A DNA stretch of 63,819 nucleotides, counting the filler, from Rhabdomonas costata (lineage: Eukaryota), in NCBI GenBank assembly GCA_019059605.1. It is 42 parts of 42 records of this genome, joined end to end, with 100 filler letters (N's around TTAATTAATTAA, not from the genome) between each part and the next. Parts side by side here need not be neighbours in the genome. Positions count along the whole stretch, not along the records: positions 1 to 1,422 come from JAHMHO010016404.1; positions 1,523 to 2,945 come from JAHMHO010016405.1; positions 3,046 to 4,467 come from JAHMHO010016406.1; positions 4,568 to 5,989 come from JAHMHO010016407.1; positions 6,090 to 7,510 come from JAHMHO010016408.1; positions 7,611 to 9,032 come from JAHMHO010016409.1; positions 9,133 to 10,554 come from JAHMHO010016410.1; positions 10,655 to 12,075 come from JAHMHO010016411.1; 34 more parts are not named here. One strand, given 5' to 3'. This document shows, piece after piece, positions 1 to 13,269 of this stretch (position 1 is the first letter of the stretch; each line of letters opens with the position of its first letter). The notes under the pieces were generated by a model, which was not told where the DNA came from, did not search any database, and saw only the letters and a list, made by a program, of their open reading frames with translations. The translations under genes and the position numbers were made by a program.

Positions 1-705
1 TAGCCACCCACATCTGCCGTAGCCATTCCCCGATTAGTTGCTGGCAAGAGTTGTTTCTCTCCACCCTCGCATGACGTCTGGTGCAAAAATGGGTTCCATG
101 ACGTTGTTCAAAATGCCGGCGCCATTTTTTTCGGCGAGTTATCTGGTAAGTGGACTGGCTTTTTAGTAAGAAAGGTAGGGGATCTATCCTTAGTTTTGGC
201 TTCCGTACGCAGCCTTCACATCCACCGCAGTGGTTGTTTACACCCACTGTGAAGATACCAATAGCCAAGGTCTATGATTCCTGTCCCTGCTCGGAAGGTT
301 TTGTGTCTGGTTGAAGGCAAAACTGACAGCATTGCCAAGCGCTTCTCCGATGAATCAATGTAAGGGGACGCTATTGGTGTACACGTGACTGCGCTCACGG
401 AGCCCGACAAACGCAAGCCAGCAAACACAGAATTGCCTCTTGTTGTCACCCAATGATATTCTCACCGGTCGATGATTTTTGCATCACAATGCTTGGAAAA
501 GGACGACAGTTGTGAGCGAACTGGGTTCCCTGTAAGAAACAGAGCGTCCCGTCCGAGCGAGTAAGAGCATCACCACCCAGTTTTTTTTCGCAGCTCTGGG
601 ATGTATCACATGCGTCATACATTTCTTGTGCAAGTCATGGAACCACCAGCTCGACGGTGGTTGCTGCGGTCGCATCTCTTGGCCACCTTGGCCACCGCGC
701 ATCAG

Positions 706-1391
706 GTACTTCAGCAATGAAAGTGTGCCTCCGCCGCCGCCGCGCGGCCCTCCGAGCTCGCCCGCGGGTCCTTCCGCTGCCCCAGGCAGCACGCCGAAGG
801 ATCCGCTGGGGGGCCTTACCGCAGAGGAGCTCACACGGATCCGCGAGAACGAGGCGGTGATCCGCAAGTACGTCGGCCCTCCGCTGCCAATCACCTCCCC
901 CCAGCTTGACGATGCCCACACACTTGGTTGACTTGCCTTGTGGTGCTTTCCATTTTCTAGCATTTGTTTATATGGGTTAGCCCTCCACACCCACTAACTT
1001 TTCGAAACTCGCACTTTACGAAGCACATACAGAGAGCTATTGAGCATGCTCTTGGATGTTGGGGGAAATGGAAGGGTTGGTTCCGGGCGGTAAATGCTTG
1101 AGGGGAAGAGCGAATGTCGCTCTCTCTCAATTCAGGTAATCGCCTCCCGTCGAGGGAATGAATTCTCCAACTGTGGAATTGCTGATAACGTATGCCTCCA
1201 TATAAGAGCTATGCTTCACGCGATTTGAGCAACTTCCCCTCACACATACACACACACGCCAGGCTGACGTTCCGTGGCATTCGGGCGCTCTCCCTCCTGA
1301 TGCTCTCCCTGGTCTTCCTTTTATTCGTGAGCAAGTATAAGGAGGCGCAGCGCAGGCGGAAGAAGGAGGCCGAGCCGACCCCAACCGAGCA
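706..1391 (+). CDS. Hypothetical single-pass membrane protein, partial (exons 706-867, 1263-1391)
   Basis: GT-AG intron 868-1262 joins in phase (AA|G), giving ...EELTRIRENEAVIRKLTFRGIRALSLLMLSLVFLLFVSKYKEAQRRRKKE. One hydrophobic helix is followed by a basic stretch, and codons are GC3-rich. Confidence 0.6.
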
Positions 1392-1422
1392 GTGCGCATG
1401 CGTCCCGCCCTCACCCAACCCC

Positions 1423-1522
1423 NNNNNNNNNNNNNNNNNNNNNNNNNNNNNNNNNNNNNNNNNNNNTTAATTAATTAANNNNNNNNNNNNNNNNNNNNNN
1501 NNNNNNNNNNNNNNNNNNNNNN
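1423..1522. other. Artificial contig linker N44-TTAATTAATTAA-N44 (first of 41 copies, about every 1.52 kb; last at 62300-62399)
   Basis: Identical 100-nt spacer with a core that has stops in all six frames. It separates 42 segments of about 1417-1446 nt, consistent with length-sorted contigs. Confidence 0.99.
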
Positions 1523-2073
1523 GTGGGGTTTGCCGGTTTTGGGGTGCAGCATTGACTAAGTTGTGCTTCGAGAGAGTAGTCGATGTTCCGAACCTTTGAG
1601 AAAGTTGCCCCCACAGGAAGGGACCTGCTGCCATATTAGAAAGACGTCACCCTATTTTCTGGGTGACATATCCCATGGTCACTGCCGGACCGGTCGTGGC
1701 CAAAAAAGCAGAGACTTGACATCGACCTCAGAACTAGAGTTTTTGTGACGCGTTGGTGCTTCCATTTGGTGGGATGGTAGCACTCCTTGCTTTGTTGCAA
1801 GAGAATAGAACTGTTGGCTTGTGCACCGTCTGCCCACCTGCACGCCGACGTGCCAACAACGAGTTCTCTTATTGCCATCAACTGCGTTCAGGGTGAACTC
1901 CCCCTCTTTTCGGATATTTTTGGGTTTTACATACTTCTCTCAGGCGTGACACTCTCATTCAAGAAATCAAGTTTTGGGTGGCATCAAAACCGCCCGTGTC
2001 CCCCAACAACTTACTTACTTCGCTGTGCCCGCTTCTTGCCCCGTCGCCTTTTTTCACTCGTGTCTTACCACAG

Positions 2074-2295
2074 AACAGTGCCGGGCGGGTTCCCCTTGTG
2101 GTGGCCGTGATGGACGGTCACGATGACGACTCTGCTGTTGTTCTGCTGGGGCCCACTCTCGCCGAGAAGGCGATGGAGATCAACGCCGTGGTGGACCTGG
2201 AGACGGGCTCCACCCTTGCCCACCTCTCGGCGCTGCACAAGATGCCGCGCACCACGGAGGCGCTTGTACAGGCCGGGGCAGACCCACGGTTGAAG
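2074..2295 (+). CDS. Ankyrin-repeat protein exon (222 nt, phase 0-0)
   Basis: cag|AAC...AAG|gtcagc; NSAGRVPLVVAV...ETGSTLAHLSALHKMPRTTEALVQAGAD contains two ankyrin-like G-x-[T/V]-[P/L]-x-x-x-A...L-V-Q-A-G-A-D units. A paralog lies at 36904-37125. Confidence 0.8.
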
Positions 2296-4844
2296 GTCAG
2301 CCCCACCTCTGACACCCACCACCCTCCCCACAACGCTGTCTTCCTCTCTTTCAGTAAGCCACAGAGACACTTCTGAATGGGTATCGATATTGATGTAACT
2401 CTACTCATTCGTGCTGTTCGTGCGCCCACACGTTGTTTTGTTGTGGAGACAACCGCCCTCCGTCCCTACTTGGATACATTATGTGGACATGCATACAGGA
2501 CACCGTCAGGTCTGAAGCCGCTCCATACCCAAAGGGAAAATGGGTTTCAGAAACCTTGCAGCGAAAGCATTTTCTCATAGCAGACACGTAGAAAAAACAA
2601 CCGCAGAGAGAGAAGCCCCAGTCCCAGGCAGATTTCATTGTTACTCAATGCTTTGCCGTTGTCGAGTCCGAAAAGGGTCGCCTTCTGTGTTTCCACGTGA
2701 AGGTGGAATTATTTGGCGTATTCGTTTTACCGGGGGGCGCACCCCTTTTGTAAAGCTTTCCGACAATGGAAACCTCGTCACCAGTCGTTCAGCGTGCACC
2801 CCCCCCCTTCCGGGAAACTTCTTTTCCTCACCATCTGAAAAGGGGCGATGGGAGGCTTTCCAACCGACTTCACCAAAAAGGGCCCAGGCATGTCTTTGTA
2901 CCCTCTCCCCCACCTCAACCTAACCGGTGGCAAACCCCCACACCCNNNNNNNNNNNNNNNNNNNNNNNNNNNNNNNNNNNNNNNNNNNNTTAATTAATTA
3001 ANNNNNNNNNNNNNNNNNNNNNNNNNNNNNNNNNNNNNNNNNNNNGGTTTGGGGGGGGGTCGGGCGACCGACATGTTAAAATCCCTTCCAGTAGTGCATG
3101 ATTCTGAGTTTCTGAGTTATTGTGTGAGGGTGAAGGAAAATGAATTACCAAGGCTTCTTATTATTTAGGGCCGAAGAAGTTCCCGATTGTCGAACATTTT
3201 TGATCGAACGAAAGCCGCCGACGAGGTCCAGTCGCGGCAACCATATCATATCGGACTATTTATTGCACTATTACATCAAGGAGTGCGGCCTACCATGGCG
3301 CTTCTTTTGCTGAGTATGCCGAGCTGGTGAAGGTATGACGAGCACACATTGCAAAACAAAATCTGCCAAAGGCATCGGACAGGGGAACCAAGGAAACGCC
3401 ATGAGAAAAAACGCGGGACGTTCTGATAGAAAAACGCTCATCTGTTGCGATCGAGAACTCTTTTCGCACAAAGGCCAGCTTCGCCATGATAGGGGTTGCT
3501 TAGCACCCCAATTCTCCGAGTTTCACCCCGGCTCTGTGGCGTGCCTCCTCGGAGAGCGAGAAGGAGAGGAAGCAGGGACGATATTCCTTTTCCCGCGCAT
3601 ACGGCAGCTTCTTCTCAAACGTGGAAGTAGTGGAACGGTTTTTATACCTGTGCCCCTTTTCCCCCGTGACTTTTTTCCACCAATGCTAGAGAATCCTTTT
3701 TCATGTGCATGTCCTCAAATATCCATGAAATGCGAACTCCTGACTCCTTCCTCTTCTGTTTTTGAAGATACCAAGAAGTCAAGAGGGAGGGCACCAGGTC
3801 CTGACCTCTGTTCGCTTTTCCCATCGCATTGTGACGAGCAACGGGTCTTTGTACCTACGTGGCCACTGGTCTACTGGGTCGTGTGAGGTGGGACAGGCTT
3901 TCATATGCTGTAGTGACTTTGGCGTGCGCACGTGCACATGGACTACAGAGGCGACCTTCGGGAGACAGTTTTGCGGGCATGCATTTTTTCATCTGACCTT
4001 TGACTGTGGTCCCTCCTGTGGTGCTCCAGTGTGGTCTGTTTCTGGACATTTCCAGAGCTACAAAATCATAGGGCGCGCGCATATAGGCCGAGGGAGCTCA
4101 TGTTGCCTGGATTGGAGATTAAAAACATGCCCTCAAATCATAGCCCCCCCCCCCGAAAAAAAGCTGCATCGGACCGTAGAACAGTTCTACAACACCCTCG
4201 GGTGGCCTCGCCAAACGAGCCTTTATCCTGCGAACTTCTAAGCTCAAATATGAACTGTTCAACCATGGACCTGAAAACTGATTGTGAACAAAACTCACCG
4301 GGAGCCTTATTTTTCACCATCTTGACACCTCTCATGTACTCTTTTCAACTGTGTTGCGAAGGCTAGGCATTTGCTATCATTCGTTTTTTTGGTGGTATGC
4401 CCAGACATTCCTAATGTCAGGACCAATTGGAGTGCTGCCATTAGGAATGTCTGGGCACACCACCAACNNNNNNNNNNNNNNNNNNNNNNNNNNNNNNNNN
4501 NNNNNNNNNNNTTAATTAATTAANNNNNNNNNNNNNNNNNNNNNNNNNNNNNNNNNNNNNNNNNNNNATCTCTCTTACGTTGTAGTGGTTTCAGATTTGC
4601 TGAGGTAAAGCTCTTTTGTGGTAAAAGTTTTTTGAGGTAAAAGTATTTTGTGGAAGTGTGCTGCACCAGCATGTAATGGTGAACAACTCGAGATGCATGT
4701 CTTTGCCTTTCTCCTTGTCCCTCCGTGCTATCTAAGACACTCGCCGGTCTCCTGTTGGTTGGTCCCTTCAAAGCAAACGTTGAACGTTGCTAAGTTTGGG
4801 AACTGGCTGGTTGCTGAGCATCCTACTATGCTCTCTCTGTAAAG

Positions 4845-5500
4845 GATCACGATGGGCGGGCGGTGCTGTGTGGAGCGGAGCAGCCCGTGGCGCTGGCCCG
4901 AGTGGCCGGGGAGTGGGGTGCTTTGGCGGGGGAGTGCCGGGGTTGCCCCCGGGCCAACCCCGTCTCCGAGGAGGATGGAGAAGACCAAAGGGAGCCTGTG
5001 ATCGCCGTGCTGTACCACACCCAGCAGCGGCAGGTCGTGCGCGCTTTTTCCGTGTGTGCCAAAGGGTACTGTTTGGTTTGCCATGGTGCACTCGCTCCTG
5101 CGCAATGTTTGCACGTTTGTGTTCAGCTTCATGTACACCCGTAGCGGTGTGATGAAAGGCACACACTCATACAATGAGACAGGTTGTGCAGCAAGTGGAG
5201 CAATACATTTGGAAATGATGAGGGTCTGTCCGCCGAGGATGGTGCATTTTTTCTCTGCTTTTTGCTGTGGTCCTGATTGGCGTCATGTGTGTGTGTGTGT
5301 GCCCATCTCACCTCATGCACAGCTTGTGGCGGCGTGTGGCACCAAAATTGGGGTGTGGGATGCGGCGGGTGAGGAGATGGCGCAGAGGAATTGCTGGAAC
5401 ACCCCTTCCCGGGTAGTGGCCATGGCTTTGGACAGCGCCGGGAGGCGGCTGCTCTCCTCCGACCTCGAGGGCACCGTCACCTCCTGGAATTACGCCCTGG
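4845..5500 (+). CDS. WD40-repeat protein, partial (exons 4845-5033, 5323-5500), WDR49/WDR64-like
   Basis: In-phase GT-AG splicing gives VIAVLYHTQQRQ|LVAACGTKIGVWDAAG...VVAMALDSAGRRLLSSDLEGTVTSWNYALG, with WD/WN blade ends. Confidence 0.7.
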
Positions 5501-7610
5501 GTACTGTGTTGTTGTGTGCCGATGTGTTCGGAATTGGGCGGTTGTTAAAGCTTATTTTTTTTTTGACAAAGCCATTTGGTTTTCTGCAATGCGAAAAAGA
5601 AAGTAGGGAGTGCAATATCCCGAGGCAGGCGGTTATCACGTTCCTTATACACCGGATGCTCGGTTGCCGTTCCGACCTGACCGAGGATGAGATATTAGAA
5701 TTACGCAGTGTGCTTCCCCTGCGGGACTCTGAACTTGAAAGTCGGTGAGAGATCTGAAATTGGGAATTTACGTCGCAAGCAGCCTATTTCCCATTCTCAA
5801 TATATCTGCTGGGGTATCGTTTGGGTATCAGGGAACTGTTCACGTTACCCCACCAATGACGCAGTGACCAGGCTGTCACCGGATTTTCTTTCTTCTTCAA
5901 TTTCTTCTGGCTGGATGCTCCCTAAGAGTTGCAGAACCCAAAACAAATCTTTCTCGTAAGCTTACGGGGGATGCTGTTCCCCACAACCCNNNNNNNNNNN
6001 NNNNNNNNNNNNNNNNNNNNNNNNNNNNNNNNNTTAATTAATTAANNNNNNNNNNNNNNNNNNNNNNNNNNNNNNNNNNNNNNNNNNNNTTTTTTTATAT
6101 AAAAAACCGAGCATAAGCCATTTTCAGCCTGTAAAACGAAGTCGATTCAAAATTCAATGTCACCAGTTCGATTCCTCTTAATTTGCAGTTCTAATCCTAC
6201 CCTAGGCAAAAACAACTGGATTTTAACAAAAGAGGAGTATCCCCACCATTTGTTGCTCCCAACATCAGCACGACCCCTGCAGCACTCCTGACGTTCTACG
6301 ACGTTGTGCGGGTGCTCTGGGGCAGGTGCATGCCGAGATAATGTCCATTCAGAGGGCGACACAGAACAAGTGTGGGACAGCAACAGCAGACTGAAGGGAA
6401 ACAGAATGAGCTTAGTTTTCACGGAACATCGACAGTGGGTGGTTGAGTGCAAGTGCAAACTCAACAGTCAGTGAGTGAGAAAGGCGCCCTAATTAGTAGA
6501 CAACCCATATCAAATAGCTCACACTGTAGCTCACACTGTACACCAATTGAATTAGAAACTTTAGAAACTTTGGGATCCACAGAACTTTGGGATTCACATG
6601 CCAGCTCCCAGCAAATCGGACCTCGCCCCTGGTCACCGCGATTTAAGATTTATTCAGGTTCACTCCTTCAAGCTCCATGGCGTTAAAATGCGGTGGGTAG
6701 AAGAGGGCAATGTTGAGCCCACAACACGTTTTCAAACGATAGAAATGATGTGACCGAAGTTGACCAAACTTCACGCCTAGCTGTCTTGTCTAAGGGGTGG
6801 GGAGGGAGGGAGGGGGTATCATTCGATTTCACCCCGTTATGCAATAGAACGCTCAGCTTTCGTTAATCGGATCACAATTCGAGGACAAAGTGCCATTCTG
6901 CATTTCTGGGGTCTTCCTTGTTGTTACAATTATGATAGGAACTCATTTCGTGCTAGGTTTAGCCGAACACCCAGCATGAGCTTGTGCGACACTAATTTCA
7001 GAAAATTTTTTGAGACCAAACGGGTCACGCACAAAGGGCATGCCTGCACAAACGGGTGCCGACGGTTCACAGCATTTTCAAAAATTCCCTTATTCTTCAG
7101 GCTTCCTTGTAAATGCAGCCTTTACATGCACCTTCACATGACCTCGCTGAAATATGGAAGGTTTCTTTTGCTCGGGAAACAAGGAGTCACCAATCCCAAG
7201 TGAAAAAAAGCGACGGACAGGACCAGAAACTCGACAACACAACGGAAAGTCAGAGGGAAGCACCTGGGAGTGCCCCCCGATCCCACCAGCGAACAGGGAG
7301 AGAGCATCGCCTGCAAGTTAAAATGTACATCTCATCCACCCTGGGAAGCCTCTAAACCAACCCTGGCACCAAAGCGCGTAAGCGCAGTCCAGTGCGACAG
7401 TCTCTTAACCCGATGACAGCGAAGGCGCGGTCTCGAGTAACAATCAGGTGGAGGAAGAAGGAATAAATTGCAGTCCTCAATACTCCAGCTAAACCTGCAA
7501 CCCAAAAAACNNNNNNNNNNNNNNNNNNNNNNNNNNNNNNNNNNNNNNNNNNNNTTAATTAATTAANNNNNNNNNNNNNNNNNNNNNNNNNNNNNNNNNN
7601 NNNNNNNNNN

Positions 7611-8191
7611 GGGGGGGTGTGCGAGGAAATACGGCGCCGCGGATCACCGTCCCTGCGATGAACTCATCCGCTTCAGGTTTCTCATGAGTTCTGGTTCACT
7701 TCTCTGTTGGTGCATTAAAAGTGGCGCGTTGATACTGTGCTGTTGTTGTTGTTGTTGTCGCGGGGGCATGGCACTATTGCACCGCTTTGTTGAGATGATG
7801 TGCGGGCTTTTGGCACCAAAGGCGATGAAATTGAACTCCGGCTTGCTTTCTTACTGTCTGCTGCTGCGTTTCTGCGTTTTTCGACCGCAGGGCTGTATTA
7901 TAGACTCGATCCGCCGTTGGGTGGGTTGCGGGGATACAAGCGGGGCTTCCCTGTATACATCCCCGGAACGGAGTAAGGATTATAATCCATCAAGGGGCAC
8001 GTTGTGCTCTGTGATGTTTGTAAAGTAGCAGTAGGTTTCATTGCTGTGTCTTCTGTCCTAGTTTATTGGGTGGGTGTTCTTGGATCCTTCTCCTTTTGAT
8101 GCTCCGCGACAGCGGATGTCTAAAGGATGTTTCAATTCCTGCAACTCCTTATGTGTTTGCCCAGCTGATGCGGGAGGTTACTCGAGAAAAT
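7611..8191 (+). CDS. Possible three-exon fragment of a hypothetical protein (7611-7676, 7891-7972, 8113-8191)
   Basis: GT-AG sites join in frame (SASG|LYYRLDPPLGGLRGYKRGFPVYIPGTD|GCLKDVSIPATPYVFAQLMREVTREN), but there is no recognised motif and codon bias is weak. Confidence 0.25.
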
Positions 8192-10710
8192 GTGCCTTTT
8201 CCTTTCTACTTCTTGAAGCTGAGCCCTCGATTGTCGGTAAATCGGAACGACCCTTGCTTGCGAAGGTTCAAAAATAAGCGGCTTCCCTCGAGCATAAGCC
8301 AAAACGTGAAAGTGCTATCACGGATCCCAAAAGATGGCAAAGGTTTGAATGGATTTGTCCCTGCCCACGCAGATTGCTTGTCCGCAAAGAAAAGAAGCTT
8401 GTCCGCATGGGCTTTGCTAATTGGATAACTGTGAGTTACGTGAAAGCACGAGTGCTGCAGGAATTCCGTTTTCGACGGGCCACCCACCTGCGTACCCTGT
8501 GCTTTCGCTCGCGTTTGCTTTTGGGAAGTTCATTTATGGTTGTTGTTGTTGTCGTCGCTTTTTTTTTACACCTGTTCTAAATCTCGGAGTCATATGCTGA
8601 TGTGAGCGCTTCAGAATGATCACCTCCCCTATGAAATGGGGTCTTTCCGACAGGTACTCCTTTTATTTCTGGTTGCCAGCAATATCGGGGGTGACATTGC
8701 AGCCGAGTTCCTCTTCCGCTTGTGACTGTGATTTTATATACTCACGTTTTGCCTCACCCCTCACCCCTCGACTTCATTGTCCTGGTTCCACGTTTTTCTC
8801 CTTTTCCTCCCGTACGTATCCCCATTTTTTTTCTGCTTGTCTTCACAGTTGAACAATTTATTGGACATTGTTGCTGTCAGTGTGGTGTTTCCTTTAAAAA
8901 AAAAAGACTGTCAACATTGTACGTACACACTCCTCGCGCCAAAAAGGGTTTTGCTGTGTGTGTTTGTGTTTGTGGACGTACAATGTTGACAGTCTTTTTT
9001 TTTTAAAGGAAACACCACACTGACAACAACACNNNNNNNNNNNNNNNNNNNNNNNNNNNNNNNNNNNNNNNNNNNNTTAATTAATTAANNNNNNNNNNNN
9101 NNNNNNNNNNNNNNNNNNNNNNNNNNNNNNNNGGGTTTTGGGATCCTTTTAGCTTTCTGCTCTTTACCCCGTGCAGTCTTCTTTCCGGTTTGTTCTTGTG
9201 TGCAGATGTGTGGGTGTTGGAATTTGCGCAGAGGCTCTTCTGACCTCTGCGATGCTGAACACTCAACATCCCGACCCCCTCCTCCTCACCTGGGAACCTT
9301 GCTTTTGCCTGCTTTGTTCCTGATGTGGCTTCCTCTTCCGCGCCCCAACCGCGGTCCCAGTGACCAACTGCTCGCCTTCAGACGCCAGTGTTATGAGTAC
9401 GTTTGTGCACAATTACTTCCGCGCTACCATCACCACAATAAATCTCGGGCGTCCGCGTGGCTCACCTTTGGGAATATACCGTTGGGTATTTGTGTCATGG
9501 TTCGATGCGGCTTTCTACGTATATCCGTGCCTTTTCGAGTGCTACGGGACGTGCTAGCCTCCCATTCCCCATACCCACACAAAGGTTTGCTGCGCAGCCT
9601 CTGAAGTTCCAGACCGACGTCAGCTTTCTCTGGGTGGGGGTGGGGATCTATTCAGTGCACCCCTCGCATCACTCGTCTCGTTTTTACTTTTTCTTGGCGA
9701 TGCATGGGGTTGGGTTTTCTTTGCTGTGTGAAATTGTCTGAGATTGTATGATATGCCTGCGGCTGGCTGTCGGATGCTGTGGGTTTGCCTTGCTTCAGGG
9801 TTGAACAATGTCGGGCATTCCCCTCCTACAATTTATTGTGTGGGTTGTGGGGAATTGGGTCGTGTGATGTCGCCCTGCCCCGGGTTCCATTAGCGCAGGT
9901 CTGCGCGCGTCTATGGATCATCAGAGGAGGCTTCACTTTGCTTTGCGTCCCTTTCTTTTGTTGGGGTAGAGATGTGATGAAAGCTGGGAGTTCTTACGGC
10001 TGGAAGTCTTCGTACAGTGAATGGAACACCTGTGTGTTGTTGCAGCGGACCTTTTATTGGGCCCAGGGCAGGGGCTGTGGGAATGGAGAATTCTCAGAAC
10101 CCGCTCGTAGCCTTATGGACTTCCCAGAAATGACTGTCGTTTCGGCTTCTGACGAAAAATCGCCATGGATTGCAGTGTCGTGAGAAAAAAATAGCGAAAT
10201 CGATGTTGGCACAGCCAGAAAGAATGCTGGAATTTTTCGAATACCAGAAAGGCAAAAACCCTTGCATGTTTTCAGAGACAACTTCGAACAGAAGCACTCG
10301 GCCCGCTGGTGCTGCACTCACCATGTGGCTTATTTGCAGCCCCGGCCCCGCGAAGGCTTGGGCTGAACAGGGTCGAAAAGGCCCCAAAAGTGGCGAAGAA
10401 AGAGTTGCCCACGAAGCCCCCGCATCTATAGATATGGACACCGTGAGGCCTAGAAGTCACCAGTTTGGTGCACGTTCTGCCCTTTCACCATATTCCCCTG
10501 GGTGGTGTGAGCATCATCCAGTCACGCAAACTTCACGTATGTGGAGAGAAGAGANNNNNNNNNNNNNNNNNNNNNNNNNNNNNNNNNNNNNNNNNNNNTT
10601 AATTAATTAANNNNNNNNNNNNNNNNNNNNNNNNNNNNNNNNNNNNNNNNNNNNGGGCAATGCTGATGCACCACCCCACGGCAGTGTGTGGGGCACATAT
10701 AGGCACGCAC

Positions 10711-11686
10711 TCACTCCTCGGTCATTCCGCACAGCTCAAATCGCGCGGTGGCCCAGCACAGGGCCACCACAGCCACGAGGACCCAGTCACAGGAGATTTG
10801 CGCGGCCAGCAGGCCCTGTGCCGTGGGAATGGAGCCCGTAAAGACCAGCCAGTGCTCTAGCCCAAAGGCCATGGGCAGAAAAAGCAGCAGAGCCAGGCCG
10901 GCTAGGGCCCGCAGGCAGCTCCGCGCCGGGGAGGACGCCGCCGTTAGCCCGCTGGCGCACAGCAGGATCTCCGGGATCATGATGAACAGGTTGTAGAGCT
11001 TCAGCAACCACACCGTCCTGAAAACCAGAGCGATTTTGGAGCTTCGGGGGAGTGAAAATTCTTTGCGTGTGTGGGTGTGAAACCATAAAACTGGTCTTCA
11101 TTTATACAGTTGCAATGTGTCATGTGTATCCATGGATAGGGGACTTAGGGTGCAGCAGCACGAACGGGCAGTCAAAACTCCGTGCAGGGACGAATCCGGC
11201 AGAGTGTGGGGACTGATGAGGTCTTCGATTCATCAACTTCACCGGTGGTTTTGCTACGCTTGCCTCAGACGAACTATAGCGCGGCGTTAACCTTTTGAAT
11301 CCTACCACCACCCAAGGGCCAAATGGCAGGAGAAGGCACGACAGCAAAAAAAAAACAGAGCGTAGGCGAGCAACTCAGACTGTGCGAAAGAGAGAGTGTG
11401 TGTGGGTGTATGCGAGCGCGCGCTTCACACCAAGCTAGTACGGCAGGGGTGCCGGCGTCCGTGATGGTGCCGTAGTTGCACAGCGCTGTGGCCGCCAGGG
11501 CGCCCTGGGCCAGCAAAAAAACACTAAAGTCAGCAGCACCAGGGCCTGCCTCCATGCCGGGGGAGTCCGCAGCAGCTCCCCGGTACCGGGGAAAGGCAGC
11601 AGCACGTCCAGCACGCCAGCTGGGGCAGCCTCTGATACCACAGAGGCCAGCCCGTCCATCGCGACAGAATGTTCACGCGCAGTGAC
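10711..11686 (-). CDS. Hypothetical multi-pass membrane protein, 3' part (exons 11686-11431, 11017-10711), with apparent frameshift at 11515-11521
   Basis: GC3-rich exons with GT-AG borders. Three to four hydrophobic segments (ALVLLTLVF/LLAQGALAA, VWLLKLYNLFIMIPEILLC, ALAGLALLLFLPMAF, WVLVAVVALCWA) end at a TGA at 10711. Confidence 0.55.
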
Positions 11687-12776
11687 CTGCCCGAAGGGGA
11701 AGATGGCAGGATGGCTGGAAGCCCACGACTGGAGGAGTGCTGTGTTGACTACCCAATCCTCTCCATGCAGCAAAGTTAAAGGTTAAAGGCGTTACAAGGT
11801 CTTACTGTGTGTGGGGGTTGTGGTGCCCCAACCCCTCCAGTTCCAATCCAACCTTAAGAGACTTGAGAAAGGGAGCTTGGTCGAGCCGCGCATCCGTCGT
11901 TGGCCCCCTTGCCCGCGCCCGCCCGTGGCTGCAGTTGAGAAATTCTGACTGGGCCGCCCACGGACCTCAAATGTGCTCAGGTGAAGTTGAGCAACCCCTC
12001 TTACCTCACACCTCGCATTGCGCCTGCACCATTACTGAACGTAGCTCGAGCACTCATCGTACACTCCCTCACACANNNNNNNNNNNNNNNNNNNNNNNNN
12101 NNNNNNNNNNNNNNNNNNNTTAATTAATTAANNNNNNNNNNNNNNNNNNNNNNNNNNNNNNNNNNNNNNNNNNNNTTTTTTTTTGTGGGGGGGGGGTGTT
12201 GTACTTCACAGAAGATGTGCTCTAGTACATCGCTGTGACTGAATTTTGCGTAGCTGTCATGCTGTAGCTGTAATATTGTTTGTATTGCTAAAAGGCTGCT
12301 GAGGCGACGTACGGCACAAAGCTCATCATTGGGTTGGTGGTTTTGCACATGCATATGTGCCCGGTTTGTCTTGCATTTATTTTTTGTGAAGTTGAAAGTG
12401 AATGTGTCATGTGAGGCGCGGGACATCGGAGTGAGGGTGCAAACCATGCTTCTCTGCAAATCGTTTTGCAGCCTCTTCGGTGTGGATGGGGGGGTCATAT
12501 GGGTTCCTTCTCCACATTTGCCGCTGCCCAGGCCATGGAGGAGGTCTCTTCTTTCTTCTTCTGTTTCTCTTTGTTTCTCCCTTTCCTCGCCATCATTCTG
12601 TGTGAAAGTGAATAACTACAGTACGCGCGCGTGTGCCTCCATCCCAGACGGAAGCAATACCTTGGGATATGGTCCCCAAAAAACACGAATGCGATGTCCC
12701 CATATATGTATCGCCCAGTCACAAACCCGATACTCACGTTCGGTGACCCCACGCCCCGTTCCGTTGCGTTCTCTAG

Positions 12777-13269
12777 GTTGTGAACCTGGCCAGCCGCCTG
12801 GAGTCTACCGGGCTTCCCGGGCAGGTTCAGGTCTCCTTTGACACCTCGGAGCTGCTGCAGCCGCACTACGAGTGCGTGTACCGGGACACTCTTCCTCTGA
12901 AGGGGGTGGGTTCGTGCCGCACCTACCTTGTTCTTCAGCGGCCGACCGAGATCCATTCTGCCTCCAGTTCTGCCGTGGGTGCGGAGGTGGAGCCAGAGTC
13001 CCCAATTGGTCTGCGGCAGCACCTGGAGAGCCTGGGCCGGCGCCGGATTCTTCGCCAGCCTTCCGATGAGCTCCGGTTCGAGGTTTCCCCCGGACCCCTC
13101 CCTGCACTGGAGGAAATCCACAGGCAGCGCGCCTCCACTCTGGACCGCAAGGAGCGCAAGCCCTCGGCGCTTCCCCGCTCCCTGTCCTTCACAGGAAGCC
13201 CCAGCGGCAGCGCTTGCTCCAGCCTGGTGGTCCACATGGACTCAGGGAGAGATCGTCATGCCGACACAG
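12777..13269 (+). CDS. Class III adenylate/guanylate cyclase exon (end of catalytic domain plus low-complexity tail)
   Basis: VVNLASRLESTGLPGQVQVS...LPLKGVGSCRTYLV matches the NxASRxE and KGxG..TY cyclase motifs; bounded by tag| and |gtgcga. Confidence 0.9.

Noticed and set aside
3101..3125. TTTCTGAGT resembling part of the euglenid spliced leader
   Set aside because: Only about 9 nt match and no following SL exon or GT donor structure.
6160..6180. GTTCGATTCC resembling a tRNA T-loop
   Set aside because: No T-stem, acceptor stem or D-arm can be formed; no tRNA or rRNA was found in the window.
12495..13235. 246-aa minus-strand ORF
   Set aside because: Antisense shadow of the GC3-rich cyclase exon; the same applies to many overlapping ORFs in the track.
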